Of a stretch of 64,000 bases of DNA, positions 1-9,300 are shown in pieces. The position numbers and the translations under genes were made by a program. A model generated the notes under the pieces. It saw nothing but the letters and a program-made list of their open reading frames with translations. It ran no database searches and was not told the origin of the DNA. Source of the DNA: an uncultured virus (IMG/VR IMGVR_UViG_3300042475_003078) (Duplodnaviria; Heunggongvirae; Uroviricota; Caudoviricetes); IMG/VR virus record IMGVR_UViG_3300042475_003078. The stretch is one strand, 5' to 3'. Within the stretch, counting starts at the first letter, position 1. Each line of letters begins with the position of its first letter.

Positions 1-545
1 AGATCGGGGGGCAGAGAAAAACGGTGGCTTCCCTCTTGGGGGGCTACGGGGGGCTATGGGTTCAATGATAGGTTTACCGCTGTACGTTTGTCGGGGGGAA
101 TGCGGGGGGCTATGCCCCCCATAGCCCCCCGACCCCCCGAGATCATGCCGGGGGCAGTGGGGGGCTACGCTCACACTAGTGGGGGGTGCAGTCTACCGAT
201 AGCCCCCGATAGCCCCCGCGCGATGGGGGGCAGCGGGGGGCAGTGTCCGGAGTGTCGACCCCGATGGTTCGACCATGGCCCCCGATAGCCCCCCGATGGC
301 GCGGGATCGAGCCCGGGGGCGCCCGGGGGCTGCGCGATAGCCCCCGCCCAGGTGCGCAGGGATACGGTACGGGGTAGGGTATCGGGGGCCGGGGAGCGGA
401 TACCCTCCGGGGTATGACCCCCCCCCACCCCTAGCCCCGGCGGGGTCCGAGCGACGGCCCGGCAATGGTACGGACCCCCCAGACAAATTTTTTCACCCCA
501 CAAATTTTTTGAACGCCGCGTAAGTTGCCCCAGACAAATTTTTTC
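1..545. repeat. GC-rich non-coding region with about ten GGGGGCTA/TAGCCCCC motifs and a CAGACAAATTTTTT direct repeat
   Basis: GGGGGGCTA at 38, 48, 104 and ~160; TAGCCCC(C) at 122, ~200, ~209, ~286, ~338 and ~432; CAGACAAATTTTTT at 480 and 531. The ORFs here are low-complexity Pro/Gly artefacts. Confidence 0.7.
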
Positions 546-589
546 TTTTTGCGCTGCATTACACTCGCGCCATCGCTACGCTCCAAAAC

Positions 590-1045
590 ATGTTCCGCGA
601 CCTCCCCATTACTGCCAGAGAGCTAAAAGCCACGCCCGCGACGTTGGAGCGCATATACGACGGCGCAAAGCTGGGATTGCGTGGAGATTCGCTTGCGCTG
701 GCTGCGGGTTTGTTGCCGGTGGAGTTGGCCCGGCTGAAGCTCATGGACCCGATTGCGGAGATCGCGGAGATGAAAGGCCGCGCCGACAGCGAGATGACGA
801 TGTCGCGCACGCTGTACGAGGCGGCCGAGGGCGGTGATTCGAAGGCGGCGCTGGAGTTCCTGCGGCACCGCCACGATTGGGTAGCAAAGCAGCAGGTGCA
901 GGTAGACGTCGCGCAGTCGATCAGTATCACTGCGGCTCTGGAGATGGCCGAGAAGCGCGTGCGTGCTGCGGAAGCGATAGAGGATGCGGTGGAAATACGG
1001 CCCCGGCTGGCGCCGCAGGCTCTGGCGGAAATGGGCCCGGTGTAA
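590..1045 (+). CDS. Probable terminase small subunit (module A)
   Basis: 151-aa helical protein directly upstream of TerL; GD..AALEFL..RH.W segment resembles phage TerS C-termini. Confidence 0.6.
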   Translation: MFRDLPITARELKATPATLERIYDGAKLGLRGDSLALAAGLLPVELARLKLMDPIAEIAEMKGRADSEMTMSRTLYEAAEGGDSKAALEFLRHRHDWVAKQQVQVDVAQSISITAALEMAEKRVRAAEAIEDAVEIRPRLAPQALAEMGPV

Positions 1046-1057
1046 CCGAGGAATTGC

Positions 1058-2590
1058 GTGCAGACCACGAAATACACCCCGCAAGAAGAACAGGCGCTGA
1101 TGAGTCGCCTGTGGAGCGCAAAGCTCCGCGACGACCCCGAAGCGTTCGTGATGTTCGTGTTCCCTTGGGGCGAAAAGGGTACGCCGCTGGAAAAGCGCAG
1201 CGGCCCGCGAAAGTGGCAGCGGGAGATTCTGCGGAAGATACGGGCGCACATCGAAGAAAACGGCGACCGCGATATGTACGAGGTATTCCGCCTGGCGGTG
1301 GCCTCTGGCCGAGGAATCGGAAAGTCCGCGCTGGTGAGTTGGCTCGTGCTCTGGATGCTGAGTACGCGGATCGGCGCGAGCGTGATCGTCTCAGCGAACA
1401 GCGAAGCGCAGCTGCGCAGCGTGACCTGGGCCGAAATCACGAAGTGGCTGGCGATGCTGATGAACTCGCACTGGTTCGAGATCAGCGCAACGCGTATCGT
1501 GCCGGCAAAGTGGCTGACGGAACTGGTGGAACGCGACCTGAAAAAAGGTACGCGTTACTGGGGCGCGGAGGGCAAACTCTGGAGCGACGAGAATCCCGAC
1601 GCGTACGCTGGCGCGCACAACGACGACGGCATGATGGTCGTGTTCGACGAAGCCTCGGGTATCCCCGACAGTATCTGGAGCGTGGCTGCGGGGTTTTTTA
1701 CGGAAAACACGCCGCACAGATTTTGGTGCGCGTTTAGTAACCCGCGCCGGAACTCGGGGTATTTTTTCGAGTGTTTTAACGCCAAGCGGAACTTCTGGAA
1801 GACGCAGAACATCGACGCCAGAACGGTGGAGGACACTGATAAAGGCGTGTACCAGGCGATTATTGACGAGTACGGCGAGGATTCGCCGCAGGCAATGGTC
1901 GAGGTATACGGCGAGTTTCCCGGCGCGGATGAATACCAGTTCATCCCGCTGGGGCTGGTAGAAGAAGCCGGCAAGCGGCCCCCGATGCGCGACCCGGAGG
2001 CACCCGTGGTGCTGGGGGTGGACCCCGCGCGGTACGGGGCGGACGCAACGATTATCGTGGCGCGACGGGGGCGGGATTTGCTCGAAGTGCGACGGTTCAG
2101 GGGCGATGACACGATGACGGTGGTGGGGCACGTCATTGAGGCCATTGAGGATTTCCGGCCGGTGCTGACAGTGATTGACGAAGGCGGCCTAGGCGCGGGC
2201 GTGCTGGACAGACTGCTGGAGCAGCGGTATAAGGTGCGCGGGGTGAATTTCGGCTGGAAGGCCAAGGATCAAAAGGCGTACCAGAACAAGCGGGCCGAGA
2301 TGTGGGGCGCAATGAAACAGTGGCTGCGCACGGCGTCGATCAAGGACGACAGGAACCTGAAGAAAGACCTGTGCGGCCCGAGGACGCGACCGAATTCGTC
2401 GGGGGCGATTGCGCTGGAGACGAAGGAGCAGATGAAGGCCCGGGGCTTGGCTTCGCCTGATGCTGCTGACGCACTGGCGGTGACGTTTGCGTTTCCCGTG
2501 GCGCACAGGGAGTACAATCCGCGCAGCCAGCACCGAGTGGTTACGACGCACGGGGGAGCCATGCAGTCGGCCGGGTGGATGGCACACTGA
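1058..2590 (+). CDS. terL: Terminase large subunit (module A)
   Basis: Walker A SGRGIGKS, Walker B VVFDEA, motif III SNP, RNase H-like nuclease GVDPARYGAD, C-terminal SPDAADAL. Confidence 0.93.
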   Translation: MQTTKYTPQEEQALMSRLWSAKLRDDPEAFVMFVFPWGEKGTPLEKRSGPRKWQREILRKIRAHIEENGDRDMYEVFRLAVASGRGIGKSALVSWLVLWMLSTRIGASVIVSANSEAQLRSVTWAEITKWLAMLMNSHWFEISATRIVPAKWLTELVERDLKKGTRYWGAEGKLWSDENPDAYAGAHNDDGMMVVFDEASGIPDSIWSVAAGFFTENTPHRFWCAFSNPRRNSGYFFECFNAKRNFWKTQNIDARTVEDTDKGVYQAIIDEYGEDSPQAMVEVYGEFPGADEYQFIPLGLVEEAGKRPPMRDPEAPVVLGVDPARYGADATIIVARRGRDLLEVRRFRGDDTMTVVGHVIEAIEDFRPVLTVIDEGGLGAGVLDRLLEQRYKVRGVNFGWKAKDQKAYQNKRAEMWGAMKQWLRTASIKDDRNLKKDLCGPRTRPNSSGAIALETKEQMKARGLASPDAADALAVTFAFPVAHREYNPRSQHRVVTTHGGAMQSAGWMAH

Positions 2591-2599
2591 GGGTCTGTC

Positions 2600-2854
2600 A
2601 TGGCAAAGTCGGTGTCTCTGAGCGTTGGTCGAGGCGAAAAGCTGCCCACGAAGCAGGGCGCTGGCCTGACGGCTAAAGGCCGCGAGAAGTACAACCGCGA
2701 AACGGGGTCGAACCTGAAGGCGCCGGCGCCGAACCCGAAGACTGAGGCCGACAAGGGCCGAAAAGCGTCGTTTTGCTCGAGAATGGGAGCAGTGGCCGCG
2801 AAAGCCAAGGACGGCGAGCGGGCCAAGGCTGCTCTGAAACGCTGGAAGTGCTGA
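2600..2854 (+). CDS. Small basic phage protein
   Basis: 84 aa, Lys/Arg-rich, RKASFCSRM motif, packed between terL and portal. Confidence 0.7.
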   Translation: MAKSVSLSVGRGEKLPTKQGAGLTAKGREKYNRETGSNLKAPAPNPKTEADKGRKASFCSRMGAVAAKAKDGERAKAALKRWKC

Positions 2855-2856
2855 TC

Positions 2857-3015
2857 ATGCCGCAAAAACCCGGCCTCTACGCCAACATCCACGCCAAGCG
2901 CGAGCGCATTGCTGCCGGAAGCGGTGAAAAGATGCGCAAGCCAGGCGCTCCTGGCGCACCGACCGCCAAAGCGTTCAAAGAGTCGGCCAAAACGGCCAAA
3001 CCGAAGGGGAAATGA
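2857..3015 (+). CDS. Small basic phage protein (MPQKPGLYANIHAKR...)
   Basis: ATG 2 nt after the preceding stop; internal start of track ORF 2773..3015. Confidence 0.65.
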   Translation: MPQKPGLYANIHAKRERIAAGSGEKMRKPGAPGAPTAKAFKESAKTAKPKGK

Positions 3016-3016
3016 C

Positions 3017-3163
3017 ATGCCTCTGGTGAAATCCGCGTCCAAGGACGCGTTTCGCAAGAACGTGAAGACCGAAATGGCGCACGGCAAGCCGCAAAAACAG
3101 GCTGTGGCGGTGGCGTACAACACGCAGCGCATGGCCAAGGCGCCTGCGAAGGGCAAGAAGTAA
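3017..3163 (+). CDS. Small basic phage protein (MPLVKSASKDAF...KQAVAVAY)
   Basis: ATG 1 nt after the previous stop; ends 1 nt before the portal start. Confidence 0.65.
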   Translation: MPLVKSASKDAFRKNVKTEMAHGKPQKQAVAVAYNTQRMAKAPAKGKK

Positions 3164-3164
3164 C

Positions 3165-5318
3165 ATGGCACGCGACGACGGCATCAACGGGGCTCGGCGG
3201 GTAGCCGACGGCGGCTCGGACAAGTCTGAACTGCTGGCAGAAATGCGCACGCGGATGCAGTCCGCGCAGTCGGCGTTCTCGCTCACGCGGCAGGCCGAAT
3301 TGGACGACCTGCGGTTTATGGCCGGCAGCCCGGACAACAACTGGCAGTGGCCGCAGGACGTGCTTGCCACGCGCGGCAGCGTGCAGGGCCAGACGGTGAA
3401 CGCCAGGCCGTGCCTGACGATCAACAAACTGCCGCAACACGTCCGCAACGTCACCAACGAGCAGCGCCAGAACCGCCCCAGCGGCAAGGTCATCCCTGCC
3501 GACGATCAAGCCGACCCCGAGGTTGCCGAGATTTTCGACGGCATCGTGCGGCACATTGAGTACATGTCTGACGCTGACGTGGCGTACGACACGGCCTGCG
3601 ACAATCAGGTTACGTTCGGCGAGGGGTATATCCGCCTGCTGACGGAGTACTGCGACGAGGACACGTTCGATCAGGATATTCGCATCGGTCGCATCCGCAA
3701 CGCGTTCAGCGTGTACATGGACCCGATGATCCAAGACCCCTGCGGGTCGGATGCGCGGTACTGCTTTATCACGCAGGACATCACTGTCGACGAGTTCGAG
3801 CGGATGTTCCCCGATGCCACGCCGATCACGACGCTGCGCACGCAGGGCGTGGGCGATGCGTCGATGGGGTACTGGCTGAACGAAAACACGGTGCGGATCG
3901 CCGAGTATTTCCGCATCGAAGAAGAACGCGCCACGCTGAATCTCTATCCTGGCGGCTTGACGGCGTTCAAGGGGTCGTTTGAGGCCCGCCAGATGGAAGC
4001 GATGGGCATGGAACCCCTGCGCACGCGGGAGTCGTCCAAGCGCGTTGTGAAGTGGATGAAGACCAACGGTTTCGAGGTTTTGGAGGAGCAGGACTGGGTC
4101 GGGAAGTACATTCCCGTGGTGCGCGTGGTGGGCAACGAGTTTGAGGTGGACGGCGAGATCCACGTCTCGGGCCTGGTGCGCAACGCCAAAGACGCCCAGC
4201 GCATGTACAACTACTGGGTGTCTCAGGAAGCCGAGATGCTGGCGCTGGCCCCGAAGGCGCCGTTCATCGGGTACGGCGGCCAGTTTGAGGGCTACGAGAA
4301 CCAGTGGAAGACGGCCAACACGCAGAACTGGCCGTATCTGGAGGTAAACCCTGATGCCACAGACGGAGCCGGAAACTCTTTCCCGCTTCCTCAGCGAGCG
4401 CAGCCGCCGATGGCGCAGCAGGGGCTTATCGCCGCCAAGATGGGCGCCGCAGACGACATCAAGGCAACCACGGGCCAGTACGACCCGTCCCTCGGCGCGA
4501 CTTCCAACGAACGATCGGGCCGCGCTATTCTGGCTCGTCAGGCTCAAAGCGATACCGGAACCTACCACTATGTGGATAACTTGGCCCGGGCCATACGGCA
4601 TGTGACGCGCCAGATTATCGACATGATCCCGAAGATCTACGACACGCAGCGCATCGCGCGAATCATCGGCATGGACGGCCAGACAACGATGGCCAAGATC
4701 AACCCGATGCAGCCCGAGCCGGTGCGCGAGTTGAAGGACCAAAACGGCGTCACCATCGAGAAAATCTACAACCCCGGCGTCGGCCGATACGACGTTGTGG
4801 TCACCACAGGCCCGTCGTACCTGACCAAACGCCAGGAAGCGATGGATGCCATGTCGCAGATCCTGCAGGGCTCGCCGCAGCTGTGGGCCGTGGCCGGCGA
4901 CCTGTTTGTGAAGAACATGGACTGGCCGGGAGCGGAAGAACTGGCAGAACGCCTGCGCAAGACAATCGACCCGAAGTTGCTGCAGGATCAGGACGACCCG
5001 GCGTTGCAGGCTGCCAACCAGCAGATTCAGGTGCTGACGCAAGAGATGCAGGCCATGCAGCAGATGCTGCAGAACGTCCAGCAGTCGATGGAAGCGCAGA
5101 AAATGAAGGTCGACACGTTCAAGGCCGAGTCTGACGCCGAGATCAAGGCCTACGAGGCCGAGACGCGTCGCTTGCAGGCTGTGCAGACGGGCATGACGCC
5201 TGAGCAAGTGCAGGAGATCATCATGCAGACCATGCGTGACATCGCCACTGTGGGCGACATGTCCATTGCCATGCAGGGCCAAATGCCCACGGCCGCACCA
5301 CAGGGGATGCCAGTATGA
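3165..5318 (+). CDS. P22-like portal protein (module A)
   Basis: 717 aa; WQWP, RPCLTINKL, GLVRNAKDAQRMYN, SGRAILARQ and GRYDVVVTTGPSY.TKRQE motifs; Gln-rich coiled-coil C-terminus. Confidence 0.9.
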   Translation: MARDDGINGARRVADGGSDKSELLAEMRTRMQSAQSAFSLTRQAELDDLRFMAGSPDNNWQWPQDVLATRGSVQGQTVNARPCLTINKLPQHVRNVTNEQRQNRPSGKVIPADDQADPEVAEIFDGIVRHIEYMSDADVAYDTACDNQVTFGEGYIRLLTEYCDEDTFDQDIRIGRIRNAFSVYMDPMIQDPCGSDARYCFITQDITVDEFERMFPDATPITTLRTQGVGDASMGYWLNENTVRIAEYFRIEEERATLNLYPGGLTAFKGSFEARQMEAMGMEPLRTRESSKRVVKWMKTNGFEVLEEQDWVGKYIPVVRVVGNEFEVDGEIHVSGLVRNAKDAQRMYNYWVSQEAEMLALAPKAPFIGYGGQFEGYENQWKTANTQNWPYLEVNPDATDGAGNSFPLPQRAQPPMAQQGLIAAKMGAADDIKATTGQYDPSLGATSNERSGRAILARQAQSDTGTYHYVDNLARAIRHVTRQIIDMIPKIYDTQRIARIIGMDGQTTMAKINPMQPEPVRELKDQNGVTIEKIYNPGVGRYDVVVTTGPSYLTKRQEAMDAMSQILQGSPQLWAVAGDLFVKNMDWPGAEELAERLRKTIDPKLLQDQDDPALQAANQQIQVLTQEMQAMQQMLQNVQQSMEAQKMKVDTFKAESDAEIKAYEAETRRLQAVQTGMTPEQVQEIIMQTMRDIATVGDMSIAMQGQMPTAAPQGMPV

Positions 5319-5677
5319 GTTGCGAGAAGTTTATCGGCCAGCTGTTTCTGGCGCGGGATTGCGCTCATTCGACCCACCTCAACACACGCTCGTACGCCAA
5401 GCACAAGGCGCTGGCCAAGTTCTACCACCAGATCATTGACCTGGCAGACAGTTTTGCCGAGGCGTATCAGGGCAAGTACGGCCTGATTGGCCCGGTGGAA
5501 CTGCAGCAGGCCACCAAGACGAACAACGTGGTGGAGTTTCTTGAGGACATGGTGCAGACCATCATGGACACCCGTTACGATGTCGTCGAAAAAGAATGCA
5601 CGCCGCTGCAGAACATCATCGACGAGATTCTGGCGCTGTTTTACAGCACCCTGTACAAGCTGAAATTTTTGGCTTAA
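5315..5677 (+). CDS. Ferritin/Dps-like four-helix protein (DUF5856-like)
   Basis: H..H..T.SYA.HKAL..FY....D..D.FAE.YQG pattern, ending YKLKFLA. Confidence 0.65.
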   Translation: MSCEKFIGQLFLARDCAHSTHLNTRSYAKHKALAKFYHQIIDLADSFAEAYQGKYGLIGPVELQQATKTNNVVEFLEDMVQTIMDTRYDVVEKECTPLQNIIDEILALFYSTLYKLKFLA

Positions 5678-5686
5678 AGGAATATC

Positions 5687-6115
5687 ATGGCGTCGTACAA
5701 CAAGTTTAACGACTTTTCTGAGCAGCTTGTCGAAGGTGTCCATGATTTTGGCGCCAACACGTTTAAAGTTGCCTTGAGCAACTCTGCGCCAATAGCATCA
5801 AACACCGTGTTGGCCGACATTACACAAATTAGCGGCACCAACGGCTATACCACTGGCGGCACGGCAACGACAATTTCTTTGTCGGAAACAAGCGGCACCA
5901 CAACGGTAAACGGCACTGAGGTGGTGTTTACGGCTTCTGGCGGAAGCGTAGGTCCGTTTCGTTACGTTGTGCTTTACAACGATTCCGCCACCTCTCCGCT
6001 GGACGCGCTGGTGGCTTGGTGGGACTACGGCAGCAGCATCACGCTAGCTGACGGCGAGACGTTTACCGTCAAGTTTTCGAACACAACGCCTGGGGCAATC
6101 TTCACGCTGGCTTGA
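5687..6115 (+). CDS. Virion structural protein preceding the tail fibre
   Basis: HDF..NTFKVAL, GYTTGG and GAIFTLA; beta-rich; AAGGA RBS. Confidence 0.65.
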   Translation: MASYNKFNDFSEQLVEGVHDFGANTFKVALSNSAPIASNTVLADITQISGTNGYTTGGTATTISLSETSGTTTVNGTEVVFTASGGSVGPFRYVVLYNDSATSPLDALVAWWDYGSSITLADGETFTVKFSNTTPGAIFTLA

Positions 6116-6336
6116 TCATGATCAAGATTGATTTTGAGTTTGACACCCCTCACGGCAAGTTTGCCGATGCTCTTCATCTGCCTGATGATCACGGCTTCAG
6201 CGAAGCTGAAATCCAGGCGATGAAGGAGCAGCGTCGAGACAACTGGATTGCTGTGGTGACTGCGCCTCCTGTAGAGGTGGAGCCAGAGCCGGAGTACATT
6301 GAGATTGATGGCGTTCGTTACGTGAAGGCAGTGTAA
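6112..6336 (+). CDS. Small hypothetical protein (possible fibre-associated)
   Basis: 74 aa, coupled to neighbouring ORFs. Confidence 0.6.
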   Translation: MIMIKIDFEFDTPHGKFADALHLPDDHGFSEAEIQAMKEQRRDNWIAVVTAPPVEVEPEPEYIEIDGVRYVKAV

Positions 6337-6338
6337 GC

Positions 6339-9300
6339 ATGGCTGATCGCTATTGGGTTGGTGGTTCAGGAAGCTGGAACAGCACTACTAAGTGGTCTAC
6401 GACCTCTGGTGGTGCTTCTGGCGCTTCTGTTCCTACGTCTTCTGATAATGCTATCTTTGACGCCAACTCAGGCACTGCTCATTTCATCGTGACGGTGACA
6501 GACAATGCTACCTGTGCTGATCTCACCATCACACCAGAGCCTGTTGCTGGTGTTACTCAGTTTGCTGTAGGCGTTAACTTTGTCATTGCAGGCACACTGT
6601 CTACTAGTGGCACAGAAGGAAATAGACGCATTTGGTTCCGGTCATCGACCTACGGCTTGATGCGCGACATGCAGATTGCCACTATCGGCACAGTGACCGA
6701 TGTGGACTTCCGCGACATTCGCGTCACAGGCACCGGCGGGACGTTGACAGGAACACGCATTGGTGATTTGCGTGGAAATAACAACATCACCTTCGACACG
6801 CCCAAAACCGTCTACTGGGTCACCCTCGCAGGCGGAAGCTGGAGTGGCAACAACTGGGCTGCAAGCTCTGGCGGCGCAGCCAGCACAGACAACTTCCCGT
6901 TGGCGCAGGATACCGCTGTCATTGAGAACACGGGGTTGAATACGTCGGCTACGGTGACGCTTGATAGTGCGATTCCGTACATTGGAACGCTTGATATGTC
7001 ATCAAGAACTAATGCGATGACATTAAATTTTAGCGCAGTTGGTTATACTATTTACGGAAATTTAACTAACGGATCTGGCACAGCTTATAGTTCTACGTTC
7101 GGCTTAACTTATTCAGGAAGAAATACGCAGGTTATTACAAGCGCTGGTAAAACATTTACGAACGATCTCACTATTGATTCTTACGGTGGAACCGTTGAAC
7201 TTGCCGACGCGCTAAACATTGGTTCGCGAACCCTCACCGTCACCAACGGCACCTTCGACACCAAAAACTACAACGTCACCGCGTCAGTAATAACTACTAA
7301 CAATACCAATGTACGTGGCATCAAGCTAGGCAGCAGCACGTTGACGTTGAGTAATTCAACTACAGCAGTACAACTGGGAGCGATAAATCTTTCCTTTGAC
7401 GCAGGAACATCACAAATAAATTTGACAGGGAACGGCGGTATTAACGGGAGCGGCAATACTTTTTACAACGTCACCTTCACCAGCACAACCGCTGCTACTC
7501 GTAGCATCAATAATGCAAACACGTTCAACAACGTAACCGTTACTGCCCCCGCTACTGCCGGTATAACAACTCTTGCGTTTGACTCTAATCAAACCATCAC
7601 CGGCACCCTCACCGTCGCCGGTGCCACAGCCGTCCGTCGCATCTTCGTCCGCTCCGACACCATCGGCACCACCCGCACCCTCACCGTAGGCACGCTCAGT
7701 GCCGACAATTGCGACTTCCGAGACATCACCATTGCTGGCACCGCAGCAGGCTCTTCTCCGACCCGTGCAGGCGACTGTGGCGGCAACAGCGGCATCACCT
7801 TCCCTGCGGCAAAGACCGTCTATTGGAACCTTGCCGGTACGCAGAACTGGTCTGCAACGGCATGGGCGCCGGGCTCTGGAGGCAGTCCTGACATCAACAA
7901 CTTCCCGTTGGCGCAGGACACGGCTGTGTTTGATGAAGCTGCGGGCAGCGTGACAGGAACCATCACCATCAATGCTGCTTGGAACATCGGCACGTTTGAT
8001 GCGTCGTTGCGGACTAGTGCTATGACGCTCACCACCAGCACTAACACTCCGTTTGTTTATGGAGATTGGAAGTTTGGTACAGGAGTGACGTCGTCTAGTA
8101 CAGCAGGCACGATCACGTTCGCCAAACGCGGAACTCAAACCATTACCAGCAATGGCATTACGTTTGGTTGCCCTATCACGATAGATTCCGTTACGGGTGT
8201 TGTCCAGCTTGCTGATGCGCTGTCGCTTGACTCAACACGTACCCTGACCCTCACATCTGGCACGTTTGATGCGGTGTCGTATAACGTGACGACGGGATTG
8301 TTTAGCGCTGTTTTTGCAACATCAGGTTCCAGATTAAAAATGGGTTCTGGAACGTGGACGCTTTCTGGAACCGGGAGCGTCTGGACTGGTATTTCGTCTG
8401 ATGTTACCTTTTATAAAGGTACTGCAGACATCGTCCTGTCCAACACCAGCACCTCTGCCCGTACATTCACAGGCGGCGGCCTCTCCTACAACAAACTCAC
8501 CATCGGCGGCGCCACCGGCACATCCACCACTACCATCACCGGCAACAACCAATTCACCGAACTCGCCAGCACCAAAACCGTAGCGCACACCATTGCCCTT
8601 GGCAGCACAACGCAGACCTTCGGCAAATGGACGGTGACGGGCACAGCAGGCAACGTCGTCACGCTCACCGGCACAGGCACTGCCCACATCCTCGCTGGAG
8701 CCTGCACAGACAGCATCGACTACCTTGCTATGGGCAGCATCGGCTTCGCTGCCACAAGCCCTGGCGAGTTCTACGCAGGTGCCAACAGCACAGGCACAGC
8801 GGCAGCGCCTGTCTACCGCACAGCCAAACCAGCCGACAGCACACGCTATTGGGTTGGTGGCACAGGCAACTGGAGCGACACCGCTCGTTGGTCTACGTCG
8901 TCTGGTGGAGGCTCAGGCGCGTCTGTGCCGAGAAGCCATGATGATGTTGTCTTTGACAGCGCGTCCAACGCCACAGCCTATACGGCCACGGTCGATACCG
9001 TCACTGGCGGCATCAGGATGAAATCTTTGACTATTGCAGGCCCCGCAAGCGGCAACGTGACGCTGGCTGGCAGCACAGCTATTGTTGGTATTCACGGCAA
9101 CGTGACGCTGCCTGCGACAGGGCTGACAAGGACGTACACAGGCGCTATCACGCTGTCTGGAAGCACGTCAGGCAAGGTGCTGACGACGAATGGTGTTGCG
9201 TTGGCATCGTCTATTACGGTGAATGGGGTTGGGTGTGAGTGGACGTTGGGGAGTGCTTTAGATTTGAGCACAGTAGGGGGCTTTACGTTAGTTAATGGAG

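Noticed and set aside
88..503. Pro/Gly-rich ORFs at the window start
   Set aside because: Products of G/C-tract repeats; no RBS or protein-like composition.
2877..5282. 801-aa minus-strand ORF
   Set aside because: Antisense shadow of the GC-rich portal gene, with no recognisable motifs.
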